A stretch of DNA of 62,847 nt, the filler included. It is 4 parts of 4 records of this genome, joined end to end, with 100 filler letters (N's around TTAATTAATTAA, not from the genome) between each part and the next. Parts side by side here need not be neighbours in the genome. Positions count along the whole stretch, not along the records: positions 34,953 to 57,675 come from SRR31156797_16329; 3 more parts are not named here. The stretch is one strand, 5' to 3'. How positions within the stretch are numbered: the first letter of the stretch is position 1; the number at the start of each line of letters is the position of its first letter. The translations under genes were made by a program, and so were the position numbers. Shown one piece after another: positions 35,129 through 47,137 of this stretch. The notes beneath the pieces are model-generated. The model was not told the origin of the DNA, did no database searches, and saw only the letters and a program-made list of their open reading frames with translations.

Positions 35129-35888
35129 TTTCTTCTTTTTTATCTTCCTTCGATAAAAGTTCCAGTAGTCAAAGCTCAATTGTAGATTCGTGTGCAATAG
35201 AGATATTTCTTATTTAATTACTAATTTCTCACTACGCAGAAGGTAAAGTGTGATCACTCATGAAAGTTTCTAGTTAGTAATGTTGTGCCACGTAAAAATA
35301 GTCTAGTTTGAAATAAGTCACGGATAAATCGGCATTTGTATACCGAACTGAGTACTTGCTTAACTTTGCATATTTGGTGTGATTTGAGTTGCAAAATAAA
35401 CCGCTGTTAAAATTTTATTATTGGTGGTTTATTTCTAGTTTGATCCAGATGTTTAGTATTAAGTTTTTATCTGGCTGTTGAATGTCGCCATTATCTCTAG
35501 GTTTTGTTGTGATTATTTAATTCTCATTTGTGACTTTATATTCAAATGTGTCAATTTAGAATATGTTAAATATTTGATATCAACTAGTGATAAAAACTAA
35601 ATCTTAGGGGTTCGCTAAATACGGTAGAATAATGGTTTGACCATTTGTATATGTATATTGATTGCATACTCATTCGATAATAGTGCTTTGAATTGGTTTA
35701 TTATCGACTTTTTATCCTATCATTGTTGCTTTTCTGTGAAATATTTGCCAAATTGTATGGCTTGTAAGTTGCCAGTATAATGTACTGGTAAGAATGGATT
35801 CACTTGTACTTAAATGAATGTTTATTTTCTCATTCGTTTGGGTCACAGACAGGGCAGAAAACTGCCGAGCAGTAGAGGTCTGGTGTAA

Positions 35889-37604
35889 ATGTCACTTTTA
35901 GAAGTAAAAAACCTTCGTATCGAATACCCTTCACGTCATGGTGTACACGCCGCAGTTAAGTCTCTGTCGTTTAGTATTGAACGTGGGGAGATTGTCGGTG
36001 TTGTAGGCGAATCTGGTGCGGGTAAATCTACCGTGGGTAACGGTGTCATCGATTTGCTTAGTCCTCCAGGAACGATTGCTGGTGGTGAAGTATTCCTAGA
36101 TGGTGAAAAAATCTCCGGGTTATCACCAGAAAAAATGCGAAAAGTGCGTGGTTCTAAAATTGGTTTTATCTTCCAAGATCCAATGACCTCGTTGAACCCG
36201 CTGTTTACGGTGGAACATCAGTTAAAAGAAACCATTCATGCCAACATGAAGGTGTCTGATGATGAAGCGTATCAACGTGCGCTGTCTTTAATGAAACAGG
36301 TTGGTATTCCCCAACCAGAAAACCGTTTGAAGCAGTATCCGCACCAATTCTCCGGTGGTATGCGTCAGCGTGTGGTTATCGCTATTGCGCTTGCAGGTGA
36401 ACCAGAGCTGATTATTGCCGATGAGCCTACCACGGCATTAGATGTTTCGATTCAAGACCAAATCCTTAACCTAATCCGCGAGTTATGTGTTAAGAACAAC
36501 GTGGGTTGTATGTTGGTGACGCACGATATGGGTGTGGTTTCTAACGTTACTGACCGTGTTGCGGTTATGTATCGCGGTGATTTGGTTGAGTTTGGCCCAA
36601 CAGCGAAAGTGCTTGGTGACCCAGACCACTCATATACTCGTAGTCTGATTTCTGCTGTTCCTCGTTCAGATAGAAAGCTCGAACGCTTCCCTCTTGTGAG
36701 TTACATCGAAGAAGCTGTTGAATCTAAGAGTATCGACATCAAGAACCACTGGCTTGGTCAAAGTCAGGATAACCGAGAGTACACGGGCCCATTACTGAAA
36801 GTGGAAAACGTGAATTTACGTTTTGTAACCAAAGACTCTTTGTTCGAAAGTCGCCGTGAGTATGTTCAAGCTTCAAATAACGTGAGTTTCGAGGTGTTTG
36901 AAGGTGAAACTTTCGGCCTGGTGGGTGAGTCAGGTTCGGGTAAGTCGACCATTGCGCGTGTCATTGCGGGTCTTTACGCACCAAATGATGGTCGTGTTAC
37001 GTTTGAAGGTATTGACCTGACTGGATTGAAATCTGAAAAAGAGCGCCGTCCTATGCGTCGTCAAATGCAGATGGTGTTCCAAAACCCTTATACGTCGATG
37101 AACCCGCGTATGAAGATTTTCGATATCGTGGCAGAACCGATTCGTTTCCATAAATTAACCAGTGGTGAGGCTGAAACTCGCCAAGTGGTGAATGATCTAT
37201 TAGAGCATGTTGGCCTCGGTAAAATGGCTGGCTTGAAATATCCACACGAGTTTTCTGGTGGTCAACGTCAGCGTATTTCGATTGCACGTGCGCTAGCGAC
37301 ACGTCCTCGTTTATTGATTTGTGATGAGCCAACCTCAGCACTCGATGTGTCCGTTCAGGCTCAGATCCTGAACTTGCTTAAAGACCTTCAGGACGAATTA
37401 AATCTGACCATGCTGTTTATCAGTCATGATTTGCCGGTTATCCGTCAGATGTGTGACCGCGTTGGTGTGATGCAGATGGGGACCTTGTTGGAAGTGGCGC
37501 CGACAGAGCAACTATTTAACAGCCCTCAGCATGAATATAGCCAGCAACTGATTTCCTTGATGCCTGAATTTACAGGCTTAAGAGAAGAAGTAGAAACGGC
37601 CTAA
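35889..37604 (+). CDS. Peptide/nickel ABC transporter, fused double ATP-binding protein
   Basis: Two Walker A motifs ([16 protein letters not shown]), two YPHxFSGG signatures, two DEPT motifs. Confidence 0.95.
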   Translation: MSLLEVKNLRIEYPSRHGVHAAVKSLSFSIERGEIVGVVGESGAGKSTVGNGVIDLLSPPGTIAGGEVFLDGEKISGLSPEKMRKVRGSKIGFIFQDPMTSLNPLFTVEHQLKETIHANMKVSDDEAYQRALSLMKQVGIPQPENRLKQYPHQFSGGMRQRVVIAIALAGEPELIIADEPTTALDVSIQDQILNLIRELCVKNNVGCMLVTHDMGVVSNVTDRVAVMYRGDLVEFGPTAKVLGDPDHSYTRSLISAVPRSDRKLERFPLVSYIEEAVESKSIDIKNHWLGQSQDNREYTGPLLKVENVNLRFVTKDSLFESRREYVQASNNVSFEVFEGETFGLVGESGSGKSTIARVIAGLYAPNDGRVTFEGIDLTGLKSEKERRPMRRQMQMVFQNPYTSMNPRMKIFDIVAEPIRFHKLTSGEAETRQVVNDLLEHVGLGKMAGLKYPHEFSGGQRQRISIARALATRPRLLICDEPTSALDVSVQAQILNLLKDLQDELNLTMLFISHDLPVIRQMCDRVGVMQMGTLLEVAPTEQLFNSPQHEYSQQLISLMPEFTGLREEVETA

Positions 37605-37715
37605 AGCCGTACACCCAAGTCATTTGGGAAATAATTACCAAACGCTTTGTTTGGCATTTAAGCAGAAGCAAATACAACAACTAGGGATTTGGATTCCCGC
37701 ATAAGGAGTTATGCA

Positions 37716-39275
37716 ATGAAAACCATGAAAAGCAAATTAGCATTGGCTTTAATGGCCGCTGGTTTGAGCTTTGCCGCTAGCGCAGCTGATATCACAGTAG
37801 CATACGATGCAGACCCAGTGTCGCTTGATCCACATGAGCAACTTTCTGGCGGTACGCTACAGATGTCTCATATGGTATTTGATCCACTAGTTCGTTATAC
37901 ACAGGAATTGGATTTTGAACCTCGCCTAGCTGAGAAGTGGGAACGTATTGATGATAAAACGGTACGCTTCCACCTACGTCAGGGTGTTAAGTTCCATTCT
38001 GGTAACGAACTAACAGCAGACGATGTTGTTTGGACATTCGATCGTCTAAAAGTTTCTCCAGACTTTAAAGCGATTTTCGAACCGTTTGAAAAGTTAGTAA
38101 AAGTTGACGATCACACGGTTGAAATCGTATCTAAAGGTGCTTACCCGCTAGTTCTTCAATCGGCAACTTACATCTTCCCTATGGATAGCAAGTTCTATTC
38201 AGGTCAAGATGATGCAGGTAAAGACAAGGCAGAGATCGTTAAACACGGCAACTCATACGCTTCTACGCATGTATCAGGTACAGGTCCATTTATCGTAACT
38301 GCTCGTGAGCAAGGCGTGAAAGTAGATTTCGAACGCTTTGATGGCTACTGGGATACGGCGTCTAAAGGTAACGTTGATAAGCTAACTTTGGTACCAATCA
38401 AAGAAGATGCGACTCGTGTTGCGGCACTTCTATCTGGTGACGTTGATATGATTGCTCCTGTGGCGCCAAACGACCACAAACGTGTTGAATCAGCGAAAGG
38501 TGTTGATCTAATCACTCTTCCTGGTACTCGTATCATCACATTCCAAATGAACCAATCTAGCAACGAAGCGTTGAAAGATGTTCGTGTTCGTCAAGCTATC
38601 GTTCATGCAATTAACAACGAAGGTATCGTTGATAAGATCATGAAAGGCTTTGCAACAGCGGCTGGTCAGCAAGGTCCTAAGGGATACGCAGGTTACAGCG
38701 AAGAACTTGTTCCTCGTTACGATCTGAAAAAAGCGAAAGAGCTGATGAAAGAAGCGGGTTACGAGAAAGGCTTTACTCTAAGCATGATCGCGCCTAACAA
38801 CCGTTACGTGAACGATGCAAAAGTGGCTCAAGCGGCTTCTGCTATGCTGTCTAAGATCGGTATCAAAGTTGATCTGAAGACAATGCCTAAAGCGCAATAC
38901 TGGCCAGAGTTCGACCTATGTTCAGCAGACATGTTGATGATCGGTTGGCACTCAGACACAGAAGATTCAGCGAACTTCTCTGAATTCCTGACTATGACTC
39001 GTAACGAAGAGACAGGTAAAGGTCAGTACAACTGTGGTCACTACTCTAACCCAGAAGTGGACAAGCTAGTTGAAGATGCAAACGTAGAGACAGATCCAGC
39101 TAAACGTGCAGCAATGCTACAGAAAGTTGAAGCGACTCTATACAACGACGCAGCGTTCGTTCCTCTACACTGGCAAAACCTTGCTTGGGGTGCGAAGTCT
39201 ACTGTTCATGCTAAACCTATCGTGAACGCAATGAACTTCCCTTACTTCGGCGACCTAGTGGTTGACGAAAAGTAA
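37716..39275 (+). CDS. ABC transporter substrate-binding protein, family 5 (DppA/OppA-like)
   Basis: Signal peptide (ASA); SLDPH, LAEKW, LRQGVKFH, GTGPF and VRQAI motifs; ATG after AAGGAG. Confidence 0.93.
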   Translation: MKTMKSKLALALMAAGLSFAASAADITVAYDADPVSLDPHEQLSGGTLQMSHMVFDPLVRYTQELDFEPRLAEKWERIDDKTVRFHLRQGVKFHSGNELTADDVVWTFDRLKVSPDFKAIFEPFEKLVKVDDHTVEIVSKGAYPLVLQSATYIFPMDSKFYSGQDDAGKDKAEIVKHGNSYASTHVSGTGPFIVTAREQGVKVDFERFDGYWDTASKGNVDKLTLVPIKEDATRVAALLSGDVDMIAPVAPNDHKRVESAKGVDLITLPGTRIITFQMNQSSNEALKDVRVRQAIVHAINNEGIVDKIMKGFATAAGQQGPKGYAGYSEELVPRYDLKKAKELMKEAGYEKGFTLSMIAPNNRYVNDAKVAQAASAMLSKIGIKVDLKTMPKAQYWPEFDLCSADMLMIGWHSDTEDSANFSEFLTMTRNEETGKGQYNCGHYSNPEVDKLVEDANVETDPAKRAAMLQKVEATLYNDAAFVPLHWQNLAWGAKSTVHAKPIVNAMNFPYFGDLVVDEK

Positions 39276-39444
39276 GTTTGAGTTTCATTAAGTAAGATTA
39301 CGCCTTCGGTGCACTGCATCGGAGGCGTGTTTTAGTGAATTAGGTAGTTAATTTTTTCAGTCGGATTAATTGCCAATATTTAGGCTGAATATTTTCGCAC
39401 CTATGGTGCATTCCGCATATCTATGGAAAGTTAAGGGGCAAGGA

Positions 39445-40422
39445 ATGTTTACGTTTCTGGTCAAGCGCCTGTTTCAGGCACTGATAGTGATGTTTGTGAT
39501 CAGTTTAGTGGCGTTTGCCATTCAGGATAACCTGGGTGACCCGCTACGTGAGCTTGTCGGTCAATCAGTTTCAGAAGCAGAGCGTCAAGCACTGCGTGAT
39601 GAACTGGGCCTCAACGATCCTTTCATTACCAAATATGGACGCTTTGTTACTGCTGCTGTGCAGGGTGACTTAGGCACATCTTATTTCTTTAAACGCCCAG
39701 CCATCGAAGTTATTTTGGATAAGCTGGTAGCGACTCTAGAACTCGTGTTCGGTGCGTCATTAATTATTGTTTTCTGCTCGATACCTATCGGGGTCTATAC
39801 GGCGATAAACCCAAAAAGTTTCTTCACTAAAGTCGTTATGGCCGGTAGTAGTATCGGTATTTCTATCCCGGTTTTCTTAACCGCGATTATGTTGATGTAT
39901 TTGTTTTCAATTGAACTTGGCTGGTTACCCTCTTATGGTCGAGGTGAAACCTATAATCTATTAGGTTGGGAATCTGGTTACTTCACCTGGGACGGCATCT
40001 TACATTTGATTCTTCCTTGTGTTTCACTGGCTTCTATCATGCTTCCGTTGTTTATCCGCCTAGTGCGTTCTGAAATGCTAGAAGTCTTGAGTTCTGAGTA
40101 CATCAAGTTTGCTAAGGCCAAAGGTCTGCCACTTAAGAAAATCTATTACCAACACGCTTTGAAAAACACCATGCTACCTGTATTAACGGTCGGTGGTGTT
40201 CAAATTGGTACTATGGTCGCATACACCATTCTTACTGAGACTGTTTTCCAGTGGCCAGGTACAGGTTTCCTTTTCCTAGAAGCGATTAACCGTGTCGATA
40301 CACCGCTGATTACGGCGTACGTCATCTTCGTTGGTTTGATCTTCGTTGTTACCAACACCGTGGTTGATTTGCTATACGGATTAATTAACCCAACAGTGAA
40401 CCTAACAGGTAAAGGAGCTTAA
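39445..40422 (+). CDS. ABC transporter permease (DppB-like)
   Basis: LGLNDP, GDLGTS, EAA-like loop YIKFAKAKGL and ETVFQWPG motifs. Confidence 0.93.
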   Translation: MFTFLVKRLFQALIVMFVISLVAFAIQDNLGDPLRELVGQSVSEAERQALRDELGLNDPFITKYGRFVTAAVQGDLGTSYFFKRPAIEVILDKLVATLELVFGASLIIVFCSIPIGVYTAINPKSFFTKVVMAGSSIGISIPVFLTAIMLMYLFSIELGWLPSYGRGETYNLLGWESGYFTWDGILHLILPCVSLASIMLPLFIRLVRSEMLEVLSSEYIKFAKAKGLPLKKIYYQHALKNTMLPVLTVGGVQIGTMVAYTILTETVFQWPGTGFLFLEAINRVDTPLITAYVIFVGLIFVVTNTVVDLLYGLINPTVNLTGKGA

Positions 40423-40424
40423 TC

Positions 40425-41363
40425 ATGAGTCAATTTGCAGAAGCTCCTTCACGTTGGGAGCGTTTTAAACAGTCAGATTTTCTGTACTACTTCTTACGCG
40501 ACAAAGTTGCGATGGTCAGCTTTGCGATTTGTATGATCTTCTTGGTGCTTGCCATTGCTGCGCCTCTGATTGCACCAACAGACCCATACGATATGGCATC
40601 TATCGACATTATGGATGCTGAACTTCCTCCATCATGGATGGACGGTGGCGATAGTCGATTTGTACTTGGTACTGATGAACAAGGTCGCGACATTCTTTCA
40701 ACCATGTTGTACGGCTCTCGTTTGTCACTCACTATCGGTTTCCTTGCGGTTGGTCTTCAGTTGTTCCTGGGCATCATTATTGGTCTATCTTCGGGTTACT
40801 TTGGTGGTCGTATTGATAGCTATTTGATGCGTTTTGCCGATGTTCAGTTGTCGTTCTCAACCATGATGGTAGCAATCATAGTTTCGGCAATTTTCAAGGC
40901 GAGCTTTGGTAGTGAGTTTTATAGCGAATACGCGGTGTTGATGCTGGTGGTTATCATCGGTGTGGCTGAGTGGCCTCAATATGCTCGTACTATTCGTGCT
41001 TCGGTTTTGGCTGAGAAGAAGAAAGAGTACGTGGAAGCGGCACGAGTGATGGGCTTTAAAGCGCCACGTATCATGTTCCGTCATATTCTGCCGAACTGTT
41101 TATCTCCAATATTGGTTATCTCTACAGTTCAGGTGGCAAACGCTATCATGTCTGAAGCGGCACTTTCGTTCCTTGGTTTAGGTCTACCGGTTGACCAACC
41201 ATCGCTAGGCGCGCTGATTAGTATCGGTTTTAACTACATTTTCTCAGGTTCATGGTGGATTACTGCCTTCCCTGGTGTATTACTAGTGACACTTGTTTTA
41301 GTGATTAACCTTTTGGGTGACTGGTTACGTGATGTATTTAACCCGAAAATCTATAAAGGGTGA
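40425..41363 (+). CDS. ABC transporter permease (DppC-like)
   Basis: LGTDEQGRD, EYVEAARVMG, HILPN and EAALSFLGLG motifs. Confidence 0.93.
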   Translation: MSQFAEAPSRWERFKQSDFLYYFLRDKVAMVSFAICMIFLVLAIAAPLIAPTDPYDMASIDIMDAELPPSWMDGGDSRFVLGTDEQGRDILSTMLYGSRLSLTIGFLAVGLQLFLGIIIGLSSGYFGGRIDSYLMRFADVQLSFSTMMVAIIVSAIFKASFGSEFYSEYAVLMLVVIIGVAEWPQYARTIRASVLAEKKKEYVEAARVMGFKAPRIMFRHILPNCLSPILVISTVQVANAIMSEAALSFLGLGLPVDQPSLGALISIGFNYIFSGSWWITAFPGVLLVTLVLVINLLGDWLRDVFNPKIYKG

Positions 41364-41403
41364 TCCGCGTCGATTGATTTTGTTGACATAATGTACATAA
41401 ACT

Positions 41404-41433
41404 AGAGCCGTAAGTGATTACGGCTCTTTTTTT
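41404..41433 (+). terminator. Intrinsic terminator of the ABC operon
   Basis: AGAGCCGTAA-GTGA-TTACGGCTCT followed by a T-tract. Confidence 0.85.
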
Positions 41434-41503
41434 GCATTACATTTTTATCGAAATAAAAACAATCAGAGCAAGCAGTAACCATTGTCACCTGAATGGAAAA
41501 CAT

Positions 41504-42430
41504 ATGGATATTAAAGTGGTCGCAATGCCTAAATTTTCTCGTTGCCTTCTCATGTTGAGTTTACCGTTGTGTTTTGCTTCACAGCCTTTATATGCCGCTG
41601 ATGCAGAGCAATTTCTTTGTGGTGGAACTCAGACTTCCACCAATGAACTTCCCCAGTTAAATAGTGACTGCCCAATTGGTTCAGGGCTATGGGGAAACTC
41701 TAAACCAAAAGGGAAAGACTCAACATTCTGGATCCAATGTGGATTGCTGAATAATCCCATGCCACTGAGCCGAGCGAAAATTCTGTATAAACATATCTCG
41801 ACTGATGTGTGGATGAAAGCGGAAGGTAAAGCTATGCGTTGCCTAATTGGTCCATATAATGATTACGCAACTGCCCAAAAAGAGCTATCAAATGTCCGAA
41901 CCGAAAAAATTTATAAGGAAGCTTTTATTCGCGAAGTTCGTAAGGGAGTAAAAGATTCTGCGGTGGCAAAACCTGTCGCGAAGAAAAAAACAGCGCCGAA
42001 AAAGGTAAGGCCAGTGACCAAACCTGGACCCAAAGCCACCACGCAAGTTTCAGCTGTTACACAATCGCCTGTTGCTAGTGCTTCAGAAGACCAAGCCTCA
42101 ATGGCTTCGATACGCCGTAAAGCGACGGTAAATGGGCTTCAATACGCGGTTCCTTACGTTATGGATGCTCAAATTCAATTTTATATGGAACATGAGTTAG
42201 CTTGGAATCGTCTGAATTATCAAGATGCTCAAGCGAGTTGTAAGCAGCAAGGTATGCGTTTAGCCACTGAGCAAGAGTGGTTGCAATTGCTTAACTCTAA
42301 AGTGATGGAAAAGGATAATTGGCCGGTTTATTTGCCTTATTGGGGGGCTGACAACAAAGGCTTGTTTACCACGGGTAAGATTAACACGCTGAAAGGAACA
42401 TCATTACTTAATGTAGTTTGCGTTAAATAA
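41504..42430 (+). CDS. Exported SPOR-domain protein with C-terminal invasin/C-type-lectin-like domain
   Basis: Signal-like N-terminus; FWIQCG...RCLIGPY..Y..A...L..VR...AFIR (SPOR-like); K/P-rich linker; NYQDAQASCKQQGMRLAT..EW..YW..VVCVK. Start codon uncertain. Confidence 0.7.
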   Translation: MDIKVVAMPKFSRCLLMLSLPLCFASQPLYAADAEQFLCGGTQTSTNELPQLNSDCPIGSGLWGNSKPKGKDSTFWIQCGLLNNPMPLSRAKILYKHISTDVWMKAEGKAMRCLIGPYNDYATAQKELSNVRTEKIYKEAFIREVRKGVKDSAVAKPVAKKKTAPKKVRPVTKPGPKATTQVSAVTQSPVASASEDQASMASIRRKATVNGLQYAVPYVMDAQIQFYMEHELAWNRLNYQDAQASCKQQGMRLATEQEWLQLLNSKVMEKDNWPVYLPYWGADNKGLFTTGKINTLKGTSLLNVVCVK

Positions 42431-42453
42431 AATAAATTGAGTAACTCTCAAAT

Positions 42454-42486
42454 AAAAACCCCAGTGAAATCACTGGGGTTTTTTTT
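42454..42486. terminator. Bidirectional terminator
   Basis: AAAAACCCCAGTG-AAAT-CACTGGGGTTTTTTTT between convergent genes. Confidence 0.9.
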
Positions 42487-42502
42487 GTATCAATATTCCG
42501 AG

Positions 42503-45500
42503 TTACGCGTCTTCAGGAATCTTATGTGGTTGGGTGCGGAATAGTTTCATCACAATCACAAAGAATACCGGTACGAAGAAGATTGCCAGTATCGTTGCTG
42601 CGAGCATACCACCGACAACACCCCAACCAATTGCGTTTCGGCTTGCTGCACCAGCACCAGTACTTAGAGCAAGAGGAAGCACACCAAGAATGAAGGCAAA
42701 TGATGTCATCATAATTGGACGCAGACGCATACGACATGCTTCAACGGTAGCTTTCGTTAGCTCCATGCCTTCGTCATACAACGCTTTCGCAAACTCTACA
42801 ATCAAGATGGCGTTTTTCGCTGATAGACCGATCGTCGTCAATAGACCAACCTGGAAGTAAATATCGTTAGACAGTGATTTAATGGTTGCAGCCGCAATTG
42901 CACCAAATACACCTAACGGAACAATCATAATAACTGAAAACGGCACACTCCAACTTTCATACAACGCAGCCAGACTCAGGAACACGATCAGGATAGAAAG
43001 GGCGTAAAGTAGCGGAGCCTGAGAGCCGGTTTGAACTTCCTGATATGAAGCACCAGTCCACTGCAAACCAATACCTTGTGGTAATTGAGCGACGATTTCG
43101 CTGATCGCTTGCATCGCATCACCAGTACTCTTACCTGGTGCTGCTGAACCTTGAATATTCACAGCGGAAACGCCGTTGTATCGTTCCAGTCGAGGAGAAC
43201 CATAGCTCCACTCTGTTGATGCAAATGCGTCAAACGGTACCATTTCTCCTGAGCTATTTTTTACATGCCACAGGCTTAAATCTTCAGGGTTCATGCGGAA
43301 CTCTGCATCACCTTGTACGTAAACTTTCTTTACACGGCCATTATCGATGAAGTCGTTCACGTAACTTGAACCGAGTGCGGTAGAAAGCGTGCTGTTGATG
43401 TCTGATACTGCCAGACCCATTGCCATTGCTTTTTCGTAGTCGATATCAATATGGAACTGAGGAGTATCTTCCATGCCGTTTGGACGAACACCGGTAAGGT
43501 TCGGGTTTTGTCCCGCCATACCTAGCAGCTGATTTCGTGCCTGAATTAACTTCTCATGACCAAGGTTGGCATTATCGGTCAGATAGGCTTCAAAACCAGT
43601 CGCATTACCCAGCCCCATAATTGCAGGCACGTTAAAGGCATAGATATTGGCTTCTTTGATCTGAGAGAAAGCTCCCCAAGCTCGGCCAATAACAGCATCT
43701 ACTGACAGCGCTGGATTTTCACGTTCATCCCAATCTTTCAAACGAACGAACGCCATACCCATATTCTGGCCTTGCCCCGCAAAACTGAAACCAGAAACGG
43801 TAAATACAGAGACTACTGCATCGGTTTCGTTGTTCATGAAGTGCTTTTCAACTTTTTCAAGAACATCCAAAGTTTGTTCTTGAGCAGCTCCTGCAGGTAA
43901 CTGAACAATCGTCAGGAAAATACCTTGGTCTTCTTCTGGAACGAAAGAGGTTGGTAAACGAGTGAAGAGTGTACCCAGTACCGCCACAATGACCACGTAG
44001 AGACCAAGATAGCGAATACGTTGATGAACACCTTTTCCAACAACTTTCGTATAGCGATTAGTGCCGCTATCGAAAGCGTTGTTAAACCAAGCTAACGGAC
44101 CTCGGCGTACATGGTGATGTTCGCCTTTTTTCATTGGTTTTAGAATGGTTGCACACAATGCTGGCGTCAGGATCATTGCAACTAATACCGATAGCACCAT
44201 TGATGACACGATGGTCAAAGAGAACTGACGATAAATCGCACCTGCTGCACCACCAAAGAAAGCCATCGGAATAAATACCGCACTTAGTACCATGGCGATA
44301 CCGACTAGTGCACCAACGATTTGGTCCATCGATTTACGAGTTGCTTCGCGAGGTGACAACCCATCTTCTGCCATAACACGTTCAACGTTTTCCACCACGA
44401 CGATGGCATCATCCACCAGAAGGCCGATGGCAAGTACCAGACCAAACATGGTGAGTGTGTTGATCGAGAAACCAAAGGCTGCCATTACACCAAATGTACC
44501 CAACAATACGACTGGAACTGCAATCGTCGGAATCAGTGTTGCACGGAAATTCTGTAAGAACAGGAACATAACCAGGAACACAAGCACGACGGCTTCAACC
44601 AGAGTATGGACCACTTCTTCGATAGAGATTTTAACGAATGGTGTTGTATCGTATGGGTAGATGACATCAATACTGTCTGGGAAAGTTGGAGCCATTTCTG
44701 CCAGACGTGCCTTTACAAGCTCTGATGTTTCAAGCGCGTTTGCACCTGTTGCCAACTTAATTGCAATACCCGCGGAGTAGCTACCGTTATATAGTGCAAC
44801 CGCTTGATAATCTTCTGCTCCTAATTCAACTCGAGCGACGTCTTCCAGACGAATTTGTGCACCATCGCTGTCTACACGTAACAGAATATTTTTAAACTCT
44901 GATACGGTCTTCATGCGGCTCTGTGCCGTAATCGTTGCGTTTAGACGTTGTCCCTTAACAGAAGGTGTTGCGCCAAGCTGACCAACAGAGACTTGAGTGT
45001 TTTGTTCGCGGATTGCCGCTGAAACTTGTGCTGTCGTTAAGTTGTATTTATTCAGCTTGTTTGGATCAAGCCAAATACGCATCGCGTTTTGCGAACCAAA
45101 TACCTGAACTTCACCAACGCCCTGAACTCGGCTTAATGGATCTTTGACGTTCGAAATCATGTAATCCGAAAGGTCTGTGTTGTCCATGCTACCGTCAGTA
45201 GAAACAAAGCCAACGACCATTAAGAACGAACTGGTTGATTTCGATACGATGAGTCCTTGCTGCTGAACTTCATTTGGTAGTGTTGCTTCAGCTAGACCGA
45301 GTTTATTCTGAACCTGTACTTGGGCAATATCCGCATCTGTACCACTTTCAAAGGTTAAAGTGATACTAAACGCCCCCGACGAACTACTTTGTGACGACAT
45401 GTAGATTAGGTTATCGATGCCGTTCATGTTCTGTTCAATAGTCTGGGTAACACTGTTTTCTACGGTGTCTGCTGAAGCGCCAGGATAAGAACCAGAAATA

Positions 45501-45631
45501 ATAACCGTTGGCGGTGCAATCTCTGGGTATTGAGAGACAGGCAGTGTCATGATTGACAACACACCCGCTAACATGATGATTATTGAAATCACCCAAGCAA
45601 AGATTGGGCGATCTATGAAAAATCGAGCCAT
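42503..45631 (-). CDS. RND efflux permease, HAE1 (AcrB/MexB-like)
   Basis: [39 protein letters not shown] and RLRPIMMTS motifs; 1042 aa. Confidence 0.96.
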   Translation of the reverse strand: MARFFIDRPIFAWVISIIIMLAGVLSIMTLPVSQYPEIAPPTVIISGSYPGASADTVENSVTQTIEQNMNGIDNLIYMSSQSSSSGAFSITLTFESGTDADIAQVQVQNKLGLAEATLPNEVQQQGLIVSKSTSSFLMVVGFVSTDGSMDNTDLSDYMISNVKDPLSRVQGVGEVQVFGSQNAMRIWLDPNKLNKYNLTTAQVSAAIREQNTQVSVGQLGATPSVKGQRLNATITAQSRMKTVSEFKNILLRVDSDGAQIRLEDVARVELGAEDYQAVALYNGSYSAGIAIKLATGANALETSELVKARLAEMAPTFPDSIDVIYPYDTTPFVKISIEEVVHTLVEAVVLVFLVMFLFLQNFRATLIPTIAVPVVLLGTFGVMAAFGFSINTLTMFGLVLAIGLLVDDAIVVVENVERVMAEDGLSPREATRKSMDQIVGALVGIAMVLSAVFIPMAFFGGAAGAIYRQFSLTIVSSMVLSVLVAMILTPALCATILKPMKKGEHHHVRRGPLAWFNNAFDSGTNRYTKVVGKGVHQRIRYLGLYVVIVAVLGTLFTRLPTSFVPEEDQGIFLTIVQLPAGAAQEQTLDVLEKVEKHFMNNETDAVVSVFTVSGFSFAGQGQNMGMAFVRLKDWDERENPALSVDAVIGRAWGAFSQIKEANIYAFNVPAIMGLGNATGFEAYLTDNANLGHEKLIQARNQLLGMAGQNPNLTGVRPNGMEDTPQFHIDIDYEKAMAMGLAVSDINSTLSTALGSSYVNDFIDNGRVKKVYVQGDAEFRMNPEDLSLWHVKNSSGEMVPFDAFASTEWSYGSPRLERYNGVSAVNIQGSAAPGKSTGDAMQAISEIVAQLPQGIGLQWTGASYQEVQTGSQAPLLYALSILIVFLSLAALYESWSVPFSVIMIVPLGVFGAIAAATIKSLSNDIYFQVGLLTTIGLSAKNAILIVEFAKALYDEGMELTKATVEACRMRLRPIMMTSFAFILGVLPLALSTGAGAASRNAIGWGVVGGMLAATILAIFFVPVFFVIVMKLFRTQPHKIPEDA

Positions 45632-45634
45632 ATC

Positions 45635-46786
45635 TTATTGTTCCTTAGATGATTCTATCGCTTGTGGATTAACAGTACTGCCGGGACGAACTTTCTGAAG
45701 CCCACTGACAATAATCATTTCTCCAGCTTCAAGACCAGAATCAACTAACCATTGAGAGCCAATAGTATGGTTGGCAACAACAGGTCGCTGCTCTACGACA
45801 TTTTCCGCATTCACTACAAGTACTGATGCTTCACCGCGCGCATTGCGGCTTAGTGCTGCTTGTGGGATTAACACTGCGTTTTGACGGTCTTCAGTCGGTA
45901 CTTTTGCTCGAACATATAAGCCTGGTAGTAAGAACTGATCAGGGTTTGGTAAAATTGCTCGTACATTTACGGTACCTGTACTCTCATTAACAGAGACTTC
46001 GGCAAATTGAAGCGTTGCCTGTTGCTCAATAGGTGTACCATCATCCAAAAACAGTTTAATACCTTTAAGCTCTTCGGTTTCTACACCCGCATTTTGACGC
46101 AGTTTGAGCAGCTCATTACTTGGCTGAGAAAGGTCAACATAAAGTGGGTCAAGCTGTTGAATCGTTGCTAATGCTGCAGTTTGGTTTGCTGTAACGAGTG
46201 CGCCTTCTGTTACCAGAGAGCGTCCAATACGGCCAGAAATTGGTGCAGTAATTTTGGTGTAGTTAAGATCAATCTGTGCAGCATGCACATTTGCTTGCGC
46301 TGCTTTAACTGACGCGAGAGCTTCTTTGTAAGTCGCTTGTGCATCTTCATAATCTTGTTGGCTTACTGCGTGTTTTTTCACAAGTTCACTGTAGCGTTTA
46401 GCCTGAAGTTCTGTCCGAGTCAGCGTCGCTTCAGCTCGCGCTAAATTTGCTTTCATGCTTGCAAGTGCCGCAGCATAGGTTGAATCATCCAGTTCATAAA
46501 GAACATCGCCTTTTTCAACGAGACTACCTTCAACAAATTTTCGGTTAGTGACAATACCACGGACTTGAGGGCGAACTTCTGCAATACGATATGCATTCGT
46601 GCGGCCTGGTAGCGTGCTAGTGACATGAACTGGCTGAGTTGTCGTTTTGAATACGTCAACGGCAACAGCAGGTGGCGCACCATTACTTGCTGCTTTTGGT
46701 GTGGCATCAGGTTGACATCCTGAAAGCACAATTGCTGCGACAATTGTGGTCAACCACGTTTTTGACAAGGTGTTACCTTGGCTCAT
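45635..46786 (-). CDS. RND periplasmic adaptor lipoprotein (AcrA/MexA-like)
   Basis: Lipobox LSGC; AEVRPQV-G, TKITAPISGRIG, LLPG; ATG after GGAGA. Confidence 0.93.
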   Translation of the reverse strand: MSQGNTLSKTWLTTIVAAIVLSGCQPDATPKAASNGAPPAVAVDVFKTTTQPVHVTSTLPGRTNAYRIAEVRPQVRGIVTNRKFVEGSLVEKGDVLYELDDSTYAAALASMKANLARAEATLTRTELQAKRYSELVKKHAVSQQDYEDAQATYKEALASVKAAQANVHAAQIDLNYTKITAPISGRIGRSLVTEGALVTANQTAALATIQQLDPLYVDLSQPSNELLKLRQNAGVETEELKGIKLFLDDGTPIEQQATLQFAEVSVNESTGTVNVRAILPNPDQFLLPGLYVRAKVPTEDRQNAVLIPQAALSRNARGEASVLVVNAENVVEQRPVVANHTIGSQWLVDSGLEAGEMIIVSGLQKVRPGSTVNPQAIESSKEQ

Positions 46787-47081
46787 GTTTCTATCTCCTT
46801 TACCACTAGAACTCATCCAGCACGTTAGCCTTTTTATATTGCAGCTTATTGACGCGAAGGACGCTTAATCGTGTAACTTAAAGTACGTCTATAGTTATCA
46901 TTAGTGTAAATATTCAGTAGTTAATGATGGGTTAAGACGTGTGGAAGTTACAAAATGCAAACCTAACTTTGTCATTTATTGTACAACTGGACAAGACCTA
47001 ACTCGCAAATCATTCAGATAAGTTATGAAATAGGAGTGTATTTGGTTGGTGGGGGGAATTGATGAGGAAATGTACTCAATT

Positions 47082-47114
47082 AAAAAGCCCTGCTGATTTC
47101 TCAAGCAGGGCTTT
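47082..47114 (-). terminator. Terminator after gor
   Basis: AAAGCCCTGCT..AGCAGGGCTTT hairpin with T-tract on the minus strand. Confidence 0.85.
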
Positions 47115-47137
47115 ATTTATGTTTGATAAACAAACAA

